Below, piece after piece: positions 27,303-35,816 of a stretch of 64,000 bases of DNA (its first letter is position 1; every line of letters starts with the position of its first letter). The notes beneath the pieces are model-generated. The model saw only the letters and a program-made list of their open reading frames with translations. It did no database searches and had not been told where the DNA came from. The DNA is from Cyclobacteriaceae bacterium (GTDB taxonomy: Bacteria > Bacteroidota > Bacteroidia > Cytophagales > Cyclobacteriaceae), in assembly GCA_965228955.1 (NCBI GenBank), contig OZ245848.1:835879-899878 (forward strand), in the 5' to 3' direction. The translations under genes and the position numbers were made by a program.

Positions 27303-27712
27303 GTGTATTTAATGCTGACAAAGCTCCAGACCCAGTTGGACTCTATCCACATGCCCGACAAGTGGGTGAGCTTCTATTTTTATCTGGAGTAGGACCAAGA
27401 GAAAAAGGATCTAAAAAGATTCCAGGTGTTGAATTAGATGATAATGGAAATATTGTGAGCTATGATATTGAAGCTCAGTGCCATTCGGTATTTAATAATG
27501 TTAGGGCTATTTTGGAAGCTTCCGATGCAAGTTGGGATGATTTGGTAGATGTGACCGTTTTTCTTACAAATATGAAAGATGATTTTGCTACTTACAATCG
27601 AATCTATGCGGAGTATTTTGCATCTAATCAACCTTGTCGAACAACCGTTGAAGTGAACTCACTTCCAACACCGATTGCTATAGAATTAAAATGTATTGCC
27701 GTTGTAGGCTAG
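27299..27712 (+). CDS. ridA: RidA/YjgF/L-PSP family enamine/imine deaminase
   Basis: 'LFLSGVGP...' and 'RTTVEVNSLPTPIAIELKCIA' match the family ends. ATGA overlap with the GNAT gene. Confidence 0.85.
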   Translation: MSVFNADKAPDPVGLYPHARQVGELLFLSGVGPREKGSKKIPGVELDDNGNIVSYDIEAQCHSVFNNVRAILEASDASWDDLVDVTVFLTNMKDDFATYNRIYAEYFASNQPCRTTVEVNSLPTPIAIELKCIAVVG

Positions 27713-27783
27713 AATTTATAGGGCTAAAGTCTTAAAGAATCTGAATTTCAATTAACTTAGCCCAAAATGTTTGCAAACTAAGA

Positions 27784-28440
27784 ATGGAGTATAATACTGA
27801 TAAAGTCGATCTAAAATTGAGAGAATACGGAAGGAATGTCCAGAAGCTGGTTGATCATATTGTAAAACTAGAGGACAAGGAGACGAGAAACAGACAGGCC
27901 GCTACACTTGTGGAATTAATGAAACAAATTAATCCAAACGTAAAGGAAGGCCCTGAATATGAACAGAAAGTTTGGGATGACTTGTTTATCATATCAGATT
28001 TTCAACTTGATGTAGAAAGCCCGTATCCTATTCCTGATAAGACCATTCTAGGTAGAAGACCAGAGATTGTGAAATACAACTCTAACAATATCCGATACAA
28101 GCACTACGGTCGCAACATGGAGCTATTGGTTCAAAGAGCAATTGAAACTGAGGATCCTGAAGAAAAAGAGGCTGCTATTGTGCATGTAGGTAAATTAATG
28201 AAGACATTTTTCAATGTTTGGAATAAGGACAATATCGATGATGATTTGATTCTTGCAAACATTAAAGAATTATCAAAAGGGAAATTGAAAATTGATGCTG
28301 AAAAAGTGAAGGAACTTGGATTGTTTGAAGTTTCTATTCCTCAGCAAAAAGGCCCTGGAGATGGAGGAAGAGACAACAAAGACCACAAAAACCGAAATAG
28401 AAAACGAAGAAATAACAACCAAAAACGAAGAAGAAACTAA
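27784..28440 (+). CDS. DUF4290-family protein with poly-basic C-terminal tail
   Basis: 'KLREYGRNVQKLVDH' is the family start. It sits in the conserved position directly upstream of murA. The tail is 'KDHKNRNRKRRNNNQKRRRN'. Confidence 0.7.
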   Translation: MEYNTDKVDLKLREYGRNVQKLVDHIVKLEDKETRNRQAATLVELMKQINPNVKEGPEYEQKVWDDLFIISDFQLDVESPYPIPDKTILGRRPEIVKYNSNNIRYKHYGRNMELLVQRAIETEDPEEKEAAIVHVGKLMKTFFNVWNKDNIDDDLILANIKELSKGKLKIDAEKVKELGLFEVSIPQQKGPGDGGRDNKDHKNRNRKRRNNNQKRRRN

Positions 28441-29748
28441 ATGTCATCCTTCCGTGTAAGAGGAGGGGCCAAGTTGAAAGGAGAAATTGTTCCGCAGGGA
28501 GCAAAAAATGAGGCCCTTCAAATTATTTCTGCAGTATTATTAACGCAGGAACCTGTCCATATCAAGAAAATTCCTAACATCCGTGATGTCAATTTACTTA
28601 TTGAGTTATTGGCAGACTTTGGAGTTCAAATAGAAAAAACCGGAGAAGAGTCAGTTCGGTTCTCAGCTAAAGATGTGAATTTAGATTTTCTCGAATCAGA
28701 AGATTTTAGAAATAAAGCTGCTGGTCTCAGAGGATCAATCATGATACTAGGTCCACTTTTAGGTCGCTTTGGAAAAGGTAAGATGCCTAAACCAGGAGGT
28801 GATAAAATTGGTCGAAGAAGAGTTGATACTCACTTCACTGGATTTGAAAAGTTAGGAGCAAAGTTTAAATACAGCACAAAAGCAAGTTTTTATACTGTAG
28901 AAGCCAAGAAGCTAAAAGGTACTTACATGCACCTTGATGAAGCTTCGGTAACAGGTACAGCAAACATTATAATGGCAGCTGTATTAGCTGAAGGAACAAC
29001 AACCATATACAATGCAGCATGTGAGCCTTACATTCAGCAACTGTGCAGAATGTTAGTAAGCATGGGTGCCAAAATAGAAGGAGTTGGTTCTAATTTGTTG
29101 AAAATTGAAGGTGTTGAAGCTCTTGGTGGAACAGAGCACACCATGCTACCAGATATGATTGAGATAGGCTCTTTCATTGGTATGGCAGCAATGACTCAAT
29201 CAGAAATTACCATTAAGGATGCCCGAATAGATCAATTAGGATTAATTCCGGAAACATTTCAGAGGCTTGGAATAAAAATGGAGTTTAGAGGTGATGATAT
29301 CTTCATTCCAGAGCAGAAGCATTATGAAATTGAGTCTTTCATAGATGGATCAATATTGACAATTGCTGATGCGATCTGGCCTGGGTTTACTCCTGATCTA
29401 CTGAGTATTGCTCTTGTTACAGCTACTCAGGCAAAAGGAACAGTTTTGATTCATCAAAAGATGTTTGAAAGTAGATTGTTCTTTGTAGATAAACTGATTG
29501 ACATGGGAGCACAAATCATACTTTGTGATCCACATAGAGCTACTGTTATTGGTTTGGATAGAAAATTCCCATTAAGAGGAATACAGATGACTTCACCTGA
29601 TATTAGAGCGGGAGTTTCACTTCTTATTGCAGCTCTTTCTGCGGAAGGTGAAAGCACGATACATAATGTTGAGCAAATTGATCGTGGTTATCAGTTTATT
29701 GATAAAAGATTGAAAGCTTTAGGTGCAGATATTGAACGATTTGGTTAA
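28441..29748 (+). CDS. murA: UDP-N-acetylglucosamine 1-carboxyvinyltransferase
   Basis: Full-length EPSP-synthase-fold protein. It starts 'RVRGGAKLKGEI...GAKNEAL' and has a 'GGDKIGRRRVDTH' active-site loop with Asp in place of Cys. Confidence 0.93.
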   Translation: MSSFRVRGGAKLKGEIVPQGAKNEALQIISAVLLTQEPVHIKKIPNIRDVNLLIELLADFGVQIEKTGEESVRFSAKDVNLDFLESEDFRNKAAGLRGSIMILGPLLGRFGKGKMPKPGGDKIGRRRVDTHFTGFEKLGAKFKYSTKASFYTVEAKKLKGTYMHLDEASVTGTANIIMAAVLAEGTTTIYNAACEPYIQQLCRMLVSMGAKIEGVGSNLLKIEGVEALGGTEHTMLPDMIEIGSFIGMAAMTQSEITIKDARIDQLGLIPETFQRLGIKMEFRGDDIFIPEQKHYEIESFIDGSILTIADAIWPGFTPDLLSIALVTATQAKGTVLIHQKMFESRLFFVDKLIDMGAQIILCDPHRATVIGLDRKFPLRGIQMTSPDIRAGVSLLIAALSAEGESTIHNVEQIDRGYQFIDKRLKALGADIERFG

Positions 29749-29797
29749 GAAAAATCGTTTTAATAGTGTAAATTAAGTTCATCATAAATCCACTATC

Positions 29798-30070
29798 ATG
29801 AGTACAGATTCAAAAGGTCAAGTAGAAAGTATCCTAAAAGAGCTTGGTAAGAAAATTGATCAATTAATTGCTGAAGCAAAGGATGCAAAAGACGATATCA
29901 GAGATGACCTGGAAGATAAAATCCAGGAGTTAAAAGAAAAGCGCGATACTCTTGAAGATGACTTCAAGGAGTATAAGGACAAAGGCAAAGACAAATGGGA
30001 TGAAGCAAAACCTCATTTCGCCTCAGCCTTTGACGAACTAAAAAATGCAATGGAGAAGCTGTTTAAATAA
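29798..30070 (+). CDS. Small highly charged helical protein (90 aa), unknown function
   Basis: Lys/Asp/Glu-rich coiled-coil-like ORF. An intrinsic terminator overlaps its stop codon. Confidence 0.5.
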   Translation: MSTDSKGQVESILKELGKKIDQLIAEAKDAKDDIRDDLEDKIQELKEKRDTLEDDFKEYKDKGKDKWDEAKPHFASAFDELKNAMEKLFK

Positions 30071-30081
30071 CAGCTTTTTTT
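30055..30081 (+). terminator. Intrinsic terminator overlapping the stop codon of the 90-aa ORF
   Basis: 'gaagctgtt taaat aacagcttt tttt'. Confidence 0.7.
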
Positions 30082-30182
30082 ATTCCACTTTATCTTCTCT
30101 TCGAAAACTGATTCATGTCAGTATTTCAAAAGCGATAGTTCCCAAAATTCGCGCCATGGTTCTTGGTTACAACAATAATGTC

Positions 30183-30190
30183 TAAATTTG
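30183..30190 (+). promoter_or_regulatory. Bacteroidota -7 box TAnnTTTG
   Basis: 'taaatttg' lies 20 nt upstream of the 30210 ATG. Confidence 0.5.
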
Positions 30191-30209
30191 CAGCCCGAAA
30201 TTAATATTT

Positions 30210-30848
30210 ATGAAGAACCCGGTAATCGTATTTGGATTTAATGGTGTAGCTAAAGCTTCAATGGAAATTTTCAATAGTCACAATATTGAAGTCTATGGAT
30301 TTCTAAGTGATGATAAAGATTCTCACGGCAAAGAAGTGGGAGAAGTGACTGTATTGGGAGATCCAAAAGATGATGGTTTCCTGAAGCTAATCGGTAAGAA
30401 ATGTGAGGCTTTTGTAGCTACGGATAGCAACGAAGAGAGAAAAGAGCAGGTGAAGATGCTTAATGAGCGCAGAAAAGTTATGCCTACAAATGCTGTTCAT
30501 GCTGAAGCTACGATCAGTAAAACTGCTCATATAGGGCATGGAAACTTTATTAATGCAGGAGCTTTTCTTGGTGCTGAAGCGGAAGTGAAAAGTCACTGTC
30601 TGATACATTCCAGAGCTGTTCTTGATCATGGAGTTACAGTAGAAGATTATGTGCAAGTTGGAGCAGGCTCAATTCTGAATAGTGAAGTTGAAGTAGGAGA
30701 AGGAGCATTTATTGGGTCTGGAGTAACTGTGGTTTCTGGAGTTAAGATAGGGAAAAATGCTAGGGTAGGAGCTGGTTCGGTTGTAATCAGTAATGTAGAA
30801 GATGGTGAAACTGTCTTCGGTAATCCTGCTGTAGCGGTGAAGAAATAA
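30210..30848 (+). CDS. NeuD/PglD-like hexapeptide sugar O/N-acetyltransferase
   Basis: A Rossmann-like N-terminus followed by a left-handed beta-helix ('IGHGNFINAGAFLGAEAEV', 'VGEGAFIGSGVTVVSGVKIGKNARVGAGSVV'). Confidence 0.75.
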   Translation: MKNPVIVFGFNGVAKASMEIFNSHNIEVYGFLSDDKDSHGKEVGEVTVLGDPKDDGFLKLIGKKCEAFVATDSNEERKEQVKMLNERRKVMPTNAVHAEATISKTAHIGHGNFINAGAFLGAEAEVKSHCLIHSRAVLDHGVTVEDYVQVGAGSILNSEVEVGEGAFIGSGVTVVSGVKIGKNARVGAGSVVISNVEDGETVFGNPAVAVKK

Positions 30849-30854
30849 TTCTTT

Positions 30855-30900
30855 AGAACAAAGAACAAAGAACAAAGAACAAAGAACAAAGAACAAAGAA
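30855..30900 (+). repeat. Perfect 7-bp tandem repeat (AGAACAA) x 6.5
   Basis: 'agaacaaagaacaaagaacaaagaacaaagaacaaagaacaaagaa' begins 7 nt after the acetyltransferase stop codon. It generates the spurious minus-strand ORFs with 'SLFFVLCSLFFVL'. Confidence 0.9.
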
Positions 30901-30990
30901 ATTTCACAACGGCAGGTCTTTTGTCTTTGATCTTTTATCTAACATCTAAAAATAAACACCCAGCTTGAAACTGGGCTAACGTTTAAGACA

Positions 30991-31944
30991 ATGAAATACA
31001 ACGTATTACTTTATTACTGCTATTCTAAAATTGAAAACCCTGAAGAATACAGGGAGCAACATCACCTTTTTTGTTTAGAGCATAATTTAAAAGGGAGAAT
31101 CATCATCGCTGAGGAAGGGCTCAATGGAACCGTTTCTGGTGCTCCGGAAGATACTCAAGCATATATGGATTACATCCATGGTGATGGCAGGTTTGATCAC
31201 TGCGAATTCAAAATTGACCAATCAGATGAGCATGCTTTCGCTAAGCTTCATGTGAGGGTAAAACCTGAGATTGTTCATTCCAGTCTACATCATATTGATC
31301 CCAATGTGAAAACTGGTGCTTATGTGGAACCAGAGGAGTTCAAAAAGATTCTAAAAGAAGAGTCGGATGACGTGGTAATTTTGGATGTCAGATCTAATTA
31401 CGAGCACGAGGTTGGCCGATTTAAGAATGCTGTTACCCTGGATATTGATAATTTTAGGGATTTTCCTGCTAAAGTTGGGGAATTAGAGCAGTATAAAGAC
31501 AAAAAGGTAATAACTTACTGTACAGGAGGAATTAAGTGTGAGAAAGCAAGTGCCTATTTATTAGAGCAAGGTTTTGACAATGTACATCAGCTGCACGGCG
31601 GAATTATCAAATACGGGTTAGAGGCAGATGGAGAAGATTTTGAAGGGAAATGCTATGTTTTTGATAATCGCGTAGTTCACGAAGTAAACACAGTGAATCC
31701 AACTGTTGTGTCTAAATGCTATGTTACAGGTGAGCCATCAGATCGAATGGTAAACTGTGCAAATCCTCATTGTAATATACATGTACCAATGTCGGAGGAA
31801 GGGGCGAAAATTTACAATGGATGCTGTTCTGAAGAGTGCATGAATAATCCGGATTCCAGACCTTATGATGGATCTGGGTATTATTCTAAGGAAAGCAATG
31901 GTTACAACCCTTATAAGGGTTGGAAACGAAAATATACGGAATAA
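30991..31944 (+). CDS. trhO: Rhodanese-domain tRNA uridine(34) hydroxylase (UPF0176/YceA family)
   Basis: 'LLYYCYSKIENPEEY' N-terminus, rhodanese active site 'YCTGGIKCEKAS', and a C-terminal Cys cluster. Confidence 0.85.
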   Translation: MKYNVLLYYCYSKIENPEEYREQHHLFCLEHNLKGRIIIAEEGLNGTVSGAPEDTQAYMDYIHGDGRFDHCEFKIDQSDEHAFAKLHVRVKPEIVHSSLHHIDPNVKTGAYVEPEEFKKILKEESDDVVILDVRSNYEHEVGRFKNAVTLDIDNFRDFPAKVGELEQYKDKKVITYCTGGIKCEKASAYLLEQGFDNVHQLHGGIIKYGLEADGEDFEGKCYVFDNRVVHEVNTVNPTVVSKCYVTGEPSDRMVNCANPHCNIHVPMSEEGAKIYNGCCSEECMNNPDSRPYDGSGYYSKESNGYNPYKGWKRKYTE

Positions 31945-31957
31945 CACAACAATCTAA

Positions 31958-32815
31958 ATGCCTAAAATCTCCGAAACTGACCTAATATTAAATCCAGACG
32001 GAAGTGTTTATCACTTAAACCTAAAACCAGAACACATATCAGAGAACATCATTACTGTTGGAGACCCATCCAGGGTCCACAGAATTAGCAGCTTCTTTGA
32101 TAAAGTGGAGTTTGAAATGAACCGAAGAGAGTTCATTACTCATACTGGTACTTATAAAGGTAAAAGAATCACAGTGATCAGCACCGGGATGGGAACCGAT
32201 AATGTTGAAGTATTACTAACAGAGTTGGATGCCCTGGTTAATGTGGATTTAAAAACTAGGGAAGTTAAAGAGGAGAAAACTTCATTAAACATCATTAGAG
32301 TAGGAACTTCTGGTAGTATTCAGGAGGATATTAAGGTTGGTAGTCACCTTGCGTCAGAATATGCTATTGGTCTTGATACATTAATGATGTTTTACCATTT
32401 CGAGAATGGTAAGTTGGAAGATGAATTAGCCAGTAAGATTCAGGAAGAAATTGGATTTCCTTTTAAGCCATATGTTGTTCAGGGATCCAGTGAACTGTTG
32501 AAGAAATTTGGAGAGGGAATGGTTGTTGGAAATACAATAACTGCACCAGGTTTCTATGCACCACAAGGAAGGACCGTTAGAAACACAATCAAGTTTCCAG
32601 ATTTAATTGATAAGCTAATTTTATTCCATCATAAAGGATTTTGGCTAACAAACTTTGAAATGGAGACGGCTGGTTATTATGCGCTATCAAAAATGATGGG
32701 GCACGAAATGATTAGCTTGAATGCAATTCTTGCCAATAGAACAAGACACACTTTCTCCAAGAACCCAAACAGAGTTATTGATGCTCTGATTAAAAAGGTA
32801 TTGGATAGGATTTAG
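31958..32815 (+). CDS. Nucleoside phosphorylase (PNP_UDP_1 family)
   Basis: 'ITVGDPSRV', 'STGMGTDNVEV', 'RVGTSGS' and 'FEMETAG' motifs. Confidence 0.8.
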   Translation: MPKISETDLILNPDGSVYHLNLKPEHISENIITVGDPSRVHRISSFFDKVEFEMNRREFITHTGTYKGKRITVISTGMGTDNVEVLLTELDALVNVDLKTREVKEEKTSLNIIRVGTSGSIQEDIKVGSHLASEYAIGLDTLMMFYHFENGKLEDELASKIQEEIGFPFKPYVVQGSSELLKKFGEGMVVGNTITAPGFYAPQGRTVRNTIKFPDLIDKLILFHHKGFWLTNFEMETAGYYALSKMMGHEMISLNAILANRTRHTFSKNPNRVIDALIKKVLDRI

Positions 32816-32873
32816 TCTGGAGTTTTGAGTTTGGAGTTTTGAATTTCTTGAATTTTTAGTTTAGGATTGAGTT
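32816..32873 (+). repeat. T/G word repeat (GAGTTTTG/GAGTTTGG), complement of the ACTCAAAA word family
   Basis: 'tctggagttttgagtttggagttttgaatttcttgaatttttagtttaggattgagtt' lies between convergent genes. Confidence 0.5.
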
Positions 32874-32889
32874 ATTCTAATTTAGTATT

Positions 32890-33648
32890 TCAAAATCCTG
32901 TCACCAACAGTCCCTTTGCTCCTTTGATTCCACATTTTTGATAGTGATTATATGCTTCTGCAGCTTTCTGTCTCACCTCAATACTTGGCTTTCCTTCTAC
33001 CCATGCATCAAGTGCCCATTCTAGCGTGTACGCTTCTGGTGCCATGTATCCGGTGGTCCATAAAAGAGGAGTAGCTCCTGCGTCCTTAATTCTGTCCGTA
33101 AAGTAGCTTTTGCTAATGCAGGCCAGGATAATAGTTTCTCTCTTTTTGTCGGAATGGCTTTTATATTGTTTGTCCAGATAGAAGTCCATCAATCCATTAT
33201 GACCTATATAAGTCATCAGATCAGATTTTCCCCCGAATTCCAGAGTCTTGGAGTCTGCTGTTACTGTGGTTTTGAAATTTCCACTGCTGGCATCCATGAA
33301 ATCCATGACTGTTTCTTTGATGTTTGCACCATCGTAGGCATCTGCCATTAGATATACATCTTTGGTGCTGTGTTTGAAAAGCAAGCGTTCTAAAATATAC
33401 GGTTCCGGAGTTTCCAATGTACCTATCAAATTCCAATCACTACTTTTCTTAAAGTAAGTCTTAATTCCATAAAGTGCACCCCAATACAAATTGTTTCTTG
33501 GGTCTTGTCCGTTTCCTATTGATTCCGGAACTGGAAGAATACCTTGATTCTTATTGTCACACAACGCCGCAAAAACGTGGACAGTTTTTACTTGAGCACT
33601 TACAATTCCTTGCAGTGCAAATGCTAACACAAACAATATCCATTTCAT
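32890..33648 (-). CDS. Secreted hypothetical protein with a possible caspase-fold-like His/Cys dyad
   Basis: Signal peptide 'MKWILFVLAFALQGIVSAQ'. A hydrophobic strand followed by 'YIGHNG' is followed about 30 aa later by 'TIILACISKS'. Confidence 0.55.
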   Translation of the reverse strand: MKWILFVLAFALQGIVSAQVKTVHVFAALCDNKNQGILPVPESIGNGQDPRNNLYWGALYGIKTYFKKSSDWNLIGTLETPEPYILERLLFKHSTKDVYLMADAYDGANIKETVMDFMDASSGNFKTTVTADSKTLEFGGKSDLMTYIGHNGLMDFYLDKQYKSHSDKKRETIILACISKSYFTDRIKDAGATPLLWTTGYMAPEAYTLEWALDAWVEGKPSIEVRQKAAEAYNHYQKCGIKGAKGLLVTGF

Positions 33649-33697
33649 ATTTATTAAACGGTTAAAAAATCGACTTCTTGTGATTGATTCTTTTGAT

Positions 33698-33705
33698 TAA
33701 ATTTG
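33698..33705 (+). promoter_or_regulatory. Bacteroidota -7 box TAnnTTTG
   Basis: 'taaatttg' lies 20 nt upstream of the 33725 ATG. Confidence 0.5.
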
Positions 33706-33724
33706 ATCCTTTAATACAACCAAC

Positions 33725-34528
33725 ATGAAAAACACTTTAATCATGGGCGCATTGACCCTGGTACTGCTTTCCTACACTGGCAGTCTCAATGCACAAAGCA
33801 AACTCCTGCAAAGAGCCAAGGAGAAACTTCAACAGAAAGGGAACGAAACTGTTGATGGTCTTTTTAATAAAGACAAAAACAAGAACTCAAATGGTGGAGG
33901 TTCAAACCCAACCAATAACGGGTCTTCCAATGGCTCCAACTCTGGTTACTCTTCAGGGAACAATAACTCCGAACGCAGAAATATGACTCCACCGGATGTA
34001 AATAAGAATATAGGTGAGGCTAAATCATCTTTCGCATCTCAAGACTATTCAAGTACCAGATTTGCTATCCAACAAGCAATTATTGGTATTGAATATGAGT
34101 TAGGTCAGGAGATCTTGAAAGCAATGCCAGGTAATATTGGAGGTATTCCTGAAAAGGCTGATAGTGATGAGATTTATTCTACTGGCGTAGGATTCGTTGG
34201 ACTCAGCATTTCAAAGGAATATGATAATGGTCGCTCCAAATATGCAAAAGCACAAATTGTGAACAACAGTATTATGCTTTCAAGTTATAATGTGGTCCTG
34301 TCTAATGCAGCTTATTCATCTGGAAATGATGATTACAGAGTTACTCGAATTGGCGACTATAGAGCTGTTCTTGAATATACCTCAAATGGGATTAATGTTG
34401 CAATTCCGTTTGGTCAGTCCTCATTGTTTCTATTGGAATTGGATAATGTGAATGAGGATTCTGAAGCTGAAGAAATGGCTGGTCAGTTTGATATCGCGAA
34501 GTTTAAAGAAATTTTAGGAGAGCAGTAA
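33725..34528 (+). CDS. Secreted hypothetical protein with an N/S/G-rich linker (paralogue of the next gene)
   Basis: Signal peptide present, with a low-complexity 'NSNGGGSNPTNNGSSNGSNSGYSSGNNNS' region. A perfect TAaaTTTG box lies 20 nt upstream. Confidence 0.6.
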   Translation: MKNTLIMGALTLVLLSYTGSLNAQSKLLQRAKEKLQQKGNETVDGLFNKDKNKNSNGGGSNPTNNGSSNGSNSGYSSGNNNSERRNMTPPDVNKNIGEAKSSFASQDYSSTRFAIQQAIIGIEYELGQEILKAMPGNIGGIPEKADSDEIYSTGVGFVGLSISKEYDNGRSKYAKAQIVNNSIMLSSYNVVLSNAAYSSGNDDYRVTRIGDYRAVLEYTSNGINVAIPFGQSSLFLLELDNVNEDSEAEEMAGQFDIAKFKEILGEQ

Positions 34529-34539
34529 ACAATAGACAG

Positions 34540-35136
34540 ATGAGAAAATTAGGATTATTAATCATATTAAACCTGATGGTTTTTGGTTTATTAGCTCAGG
34601 ACCTGAACGGTAAATTGGAAGAAGCAAAAGTCGCATATAATGGCGGTAATATGGAGGAAGCAAGGTTTGCACTTGAGCAATCACTTGCTGAACTCGATAA
34701 AATTGTTGGAGCAGAGATATTGAAATTGTTACCAGTAGAATTAAATGGAATATCATATGATGAAACATCTGATAATGTGACAGGTGCCGCAGGAATGGGT
34801 GGAATTTTCGTAGAACGAGATTACCCTGGTGAGACATCAAGCGTTAACATTCAGGTGATTACTGATTCGCCGTTTTTGGCCATTGTAAATACTGCATTGA
34901 CCAACCCATTGATCGCTACCATGTCTGGTGGAAATCAGAAGGTTATCAAATTAGATGGTTACAAAACATTGTTTGAAAATAAAGAAGGAGAGGAAGAAAA
35001 CTACATGTTTCAGGTTCCTGTTTCCAATTCTTTAATCACAATTGAGACCTTTGGAATAAGCGAAAGAGATGCAATGACTATAGCTAGCTCCTTAAATATT
35101 CGATCTATGGCAAGCTTAATCGGAGTTGGACAATAA
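34540..35136 (+). CDS. Secreted hypothetical protein (paralogue of 33725..34528)
   Basis: Signal peptide present. The blocks 'EAK...ARFALEQS...GAEILKLLP...GI' are shared with 'EAK...TRFAIQQA...GQEILKAMP...GI' in the upstream gene. Confidence 0.6.
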   Translation: MRKLGLLIILNLMVFGLLAQDLNGKLEEAKVAYNGGNMEEARFALEQSLAELDKIVGAEILKLLPVELNGISYDETSDNVTGAAGMGGIFVERDYPGETSSVNIQVITDSPFLAIVNTALTNPLIATMSGGNQKVIKLDGYKTLFENKEGEEENYMFQVPVSNSLITIETFGISERDAMTIASSLNIRSMASLIGVGQ

Positions 35137-35218
35137 GGAATAATTTTATTACTTTTACAACAGATAGTTTAGAAGGTCACCGCCCGGTGGCCAATATTTA
35201 GACAGATGGTTGATGAAT

Positions 35219-35250
35219 AAGGTGGATTCTTTGGATCCACCTTTCTTTTT
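35219..35250 (+). terminator. Intrinsic terminator after 34540..35136, abutting the lspA stop
   Basis: 'aaggtgga ttctttgga tccacctt tcttttt'. Confidence 0.65.
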
Positions 35251-35755
35251 ATGCATCAACTTCTTTCTTTTCTGTCGTATTTTTCTTTCTGTTCTTGAAG
35301 AATTCCAGCAATACCAGTCCGCCTCCGGCCATGATTGACATGTCAGCAACATTGAAAATTCCTGTTTGAGTAAATCCAAGATCGATATGAAGGAAATCAG
35401 TTACGGAACCATAAACAATTCTATCATACAGGTTGCCTATTCCCCCACCTAGCATGAAGGATACTCCGATAACCATTAATCTCGACATCTTGTCATCCCT
35501 TATGATATGAACAAGAAACCAAATGATGGCAATTGTTGGTAAAACCGATAATACAATAGTTCTCATAACTTCTGGTAAGTCAGATAAAATGCCGAGAAAT
35601 GCTCCTCTGTTCTCTACCCGTATAAATACCAGATAGTCGCCGATTATTTGGATTTTCTTTCCTGGATCCAGATTTAACCTTGCAATGACCTTTGTGATTT
35701 GATCAATGGCGATGTTAAATATTATGGTTATTGCTATTGCTACTGTTTTTTTCAT
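35249..35755 (-). CDS. lspA: Lipoprotein signal peptidase II
   Basis: Four TM segments, with 'NRGAFLG' and 'FNVADMSI' motifs. Confidence 0.9.
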   Translation of the reverse strand: MKKTVAIAITIIFNIAIDQITKVIARLNLDPGKKIQIIGDYLVFIRVENRGAFLGILSDLPEVMRTIVLSVLPTIAIIWFLVHIIRDDKMSRLMVIGVSFMLGGGIGNLYDRIVYGSVTDFLHIDLGFTQTGIFNVADMSIMAGGGLVLLEFFKNRKKNTTEKKEVDA

Positions 35756-35816
35756 TCTCCGATGATATTAGGATGGCAAATTTGATATAATAAATCGGGA
35801 ATACAATGTCAGGAGG

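Noticed and set aside
30855-30900. The short tandem repeat, considered as a possible CRISPR array.
   Set aside because: The unit is only 7 bp, there are no spacers and no cas genes. It is a microsatellite.
30647-30907. Two overlapping minus-strand ORFs with 'SLFFVLCSLFFVL'.
   Set aside because: They are artefacts of translating the 7-bp tandem repeat, and they lie antisense to the well-supported acetyltransferase gene.
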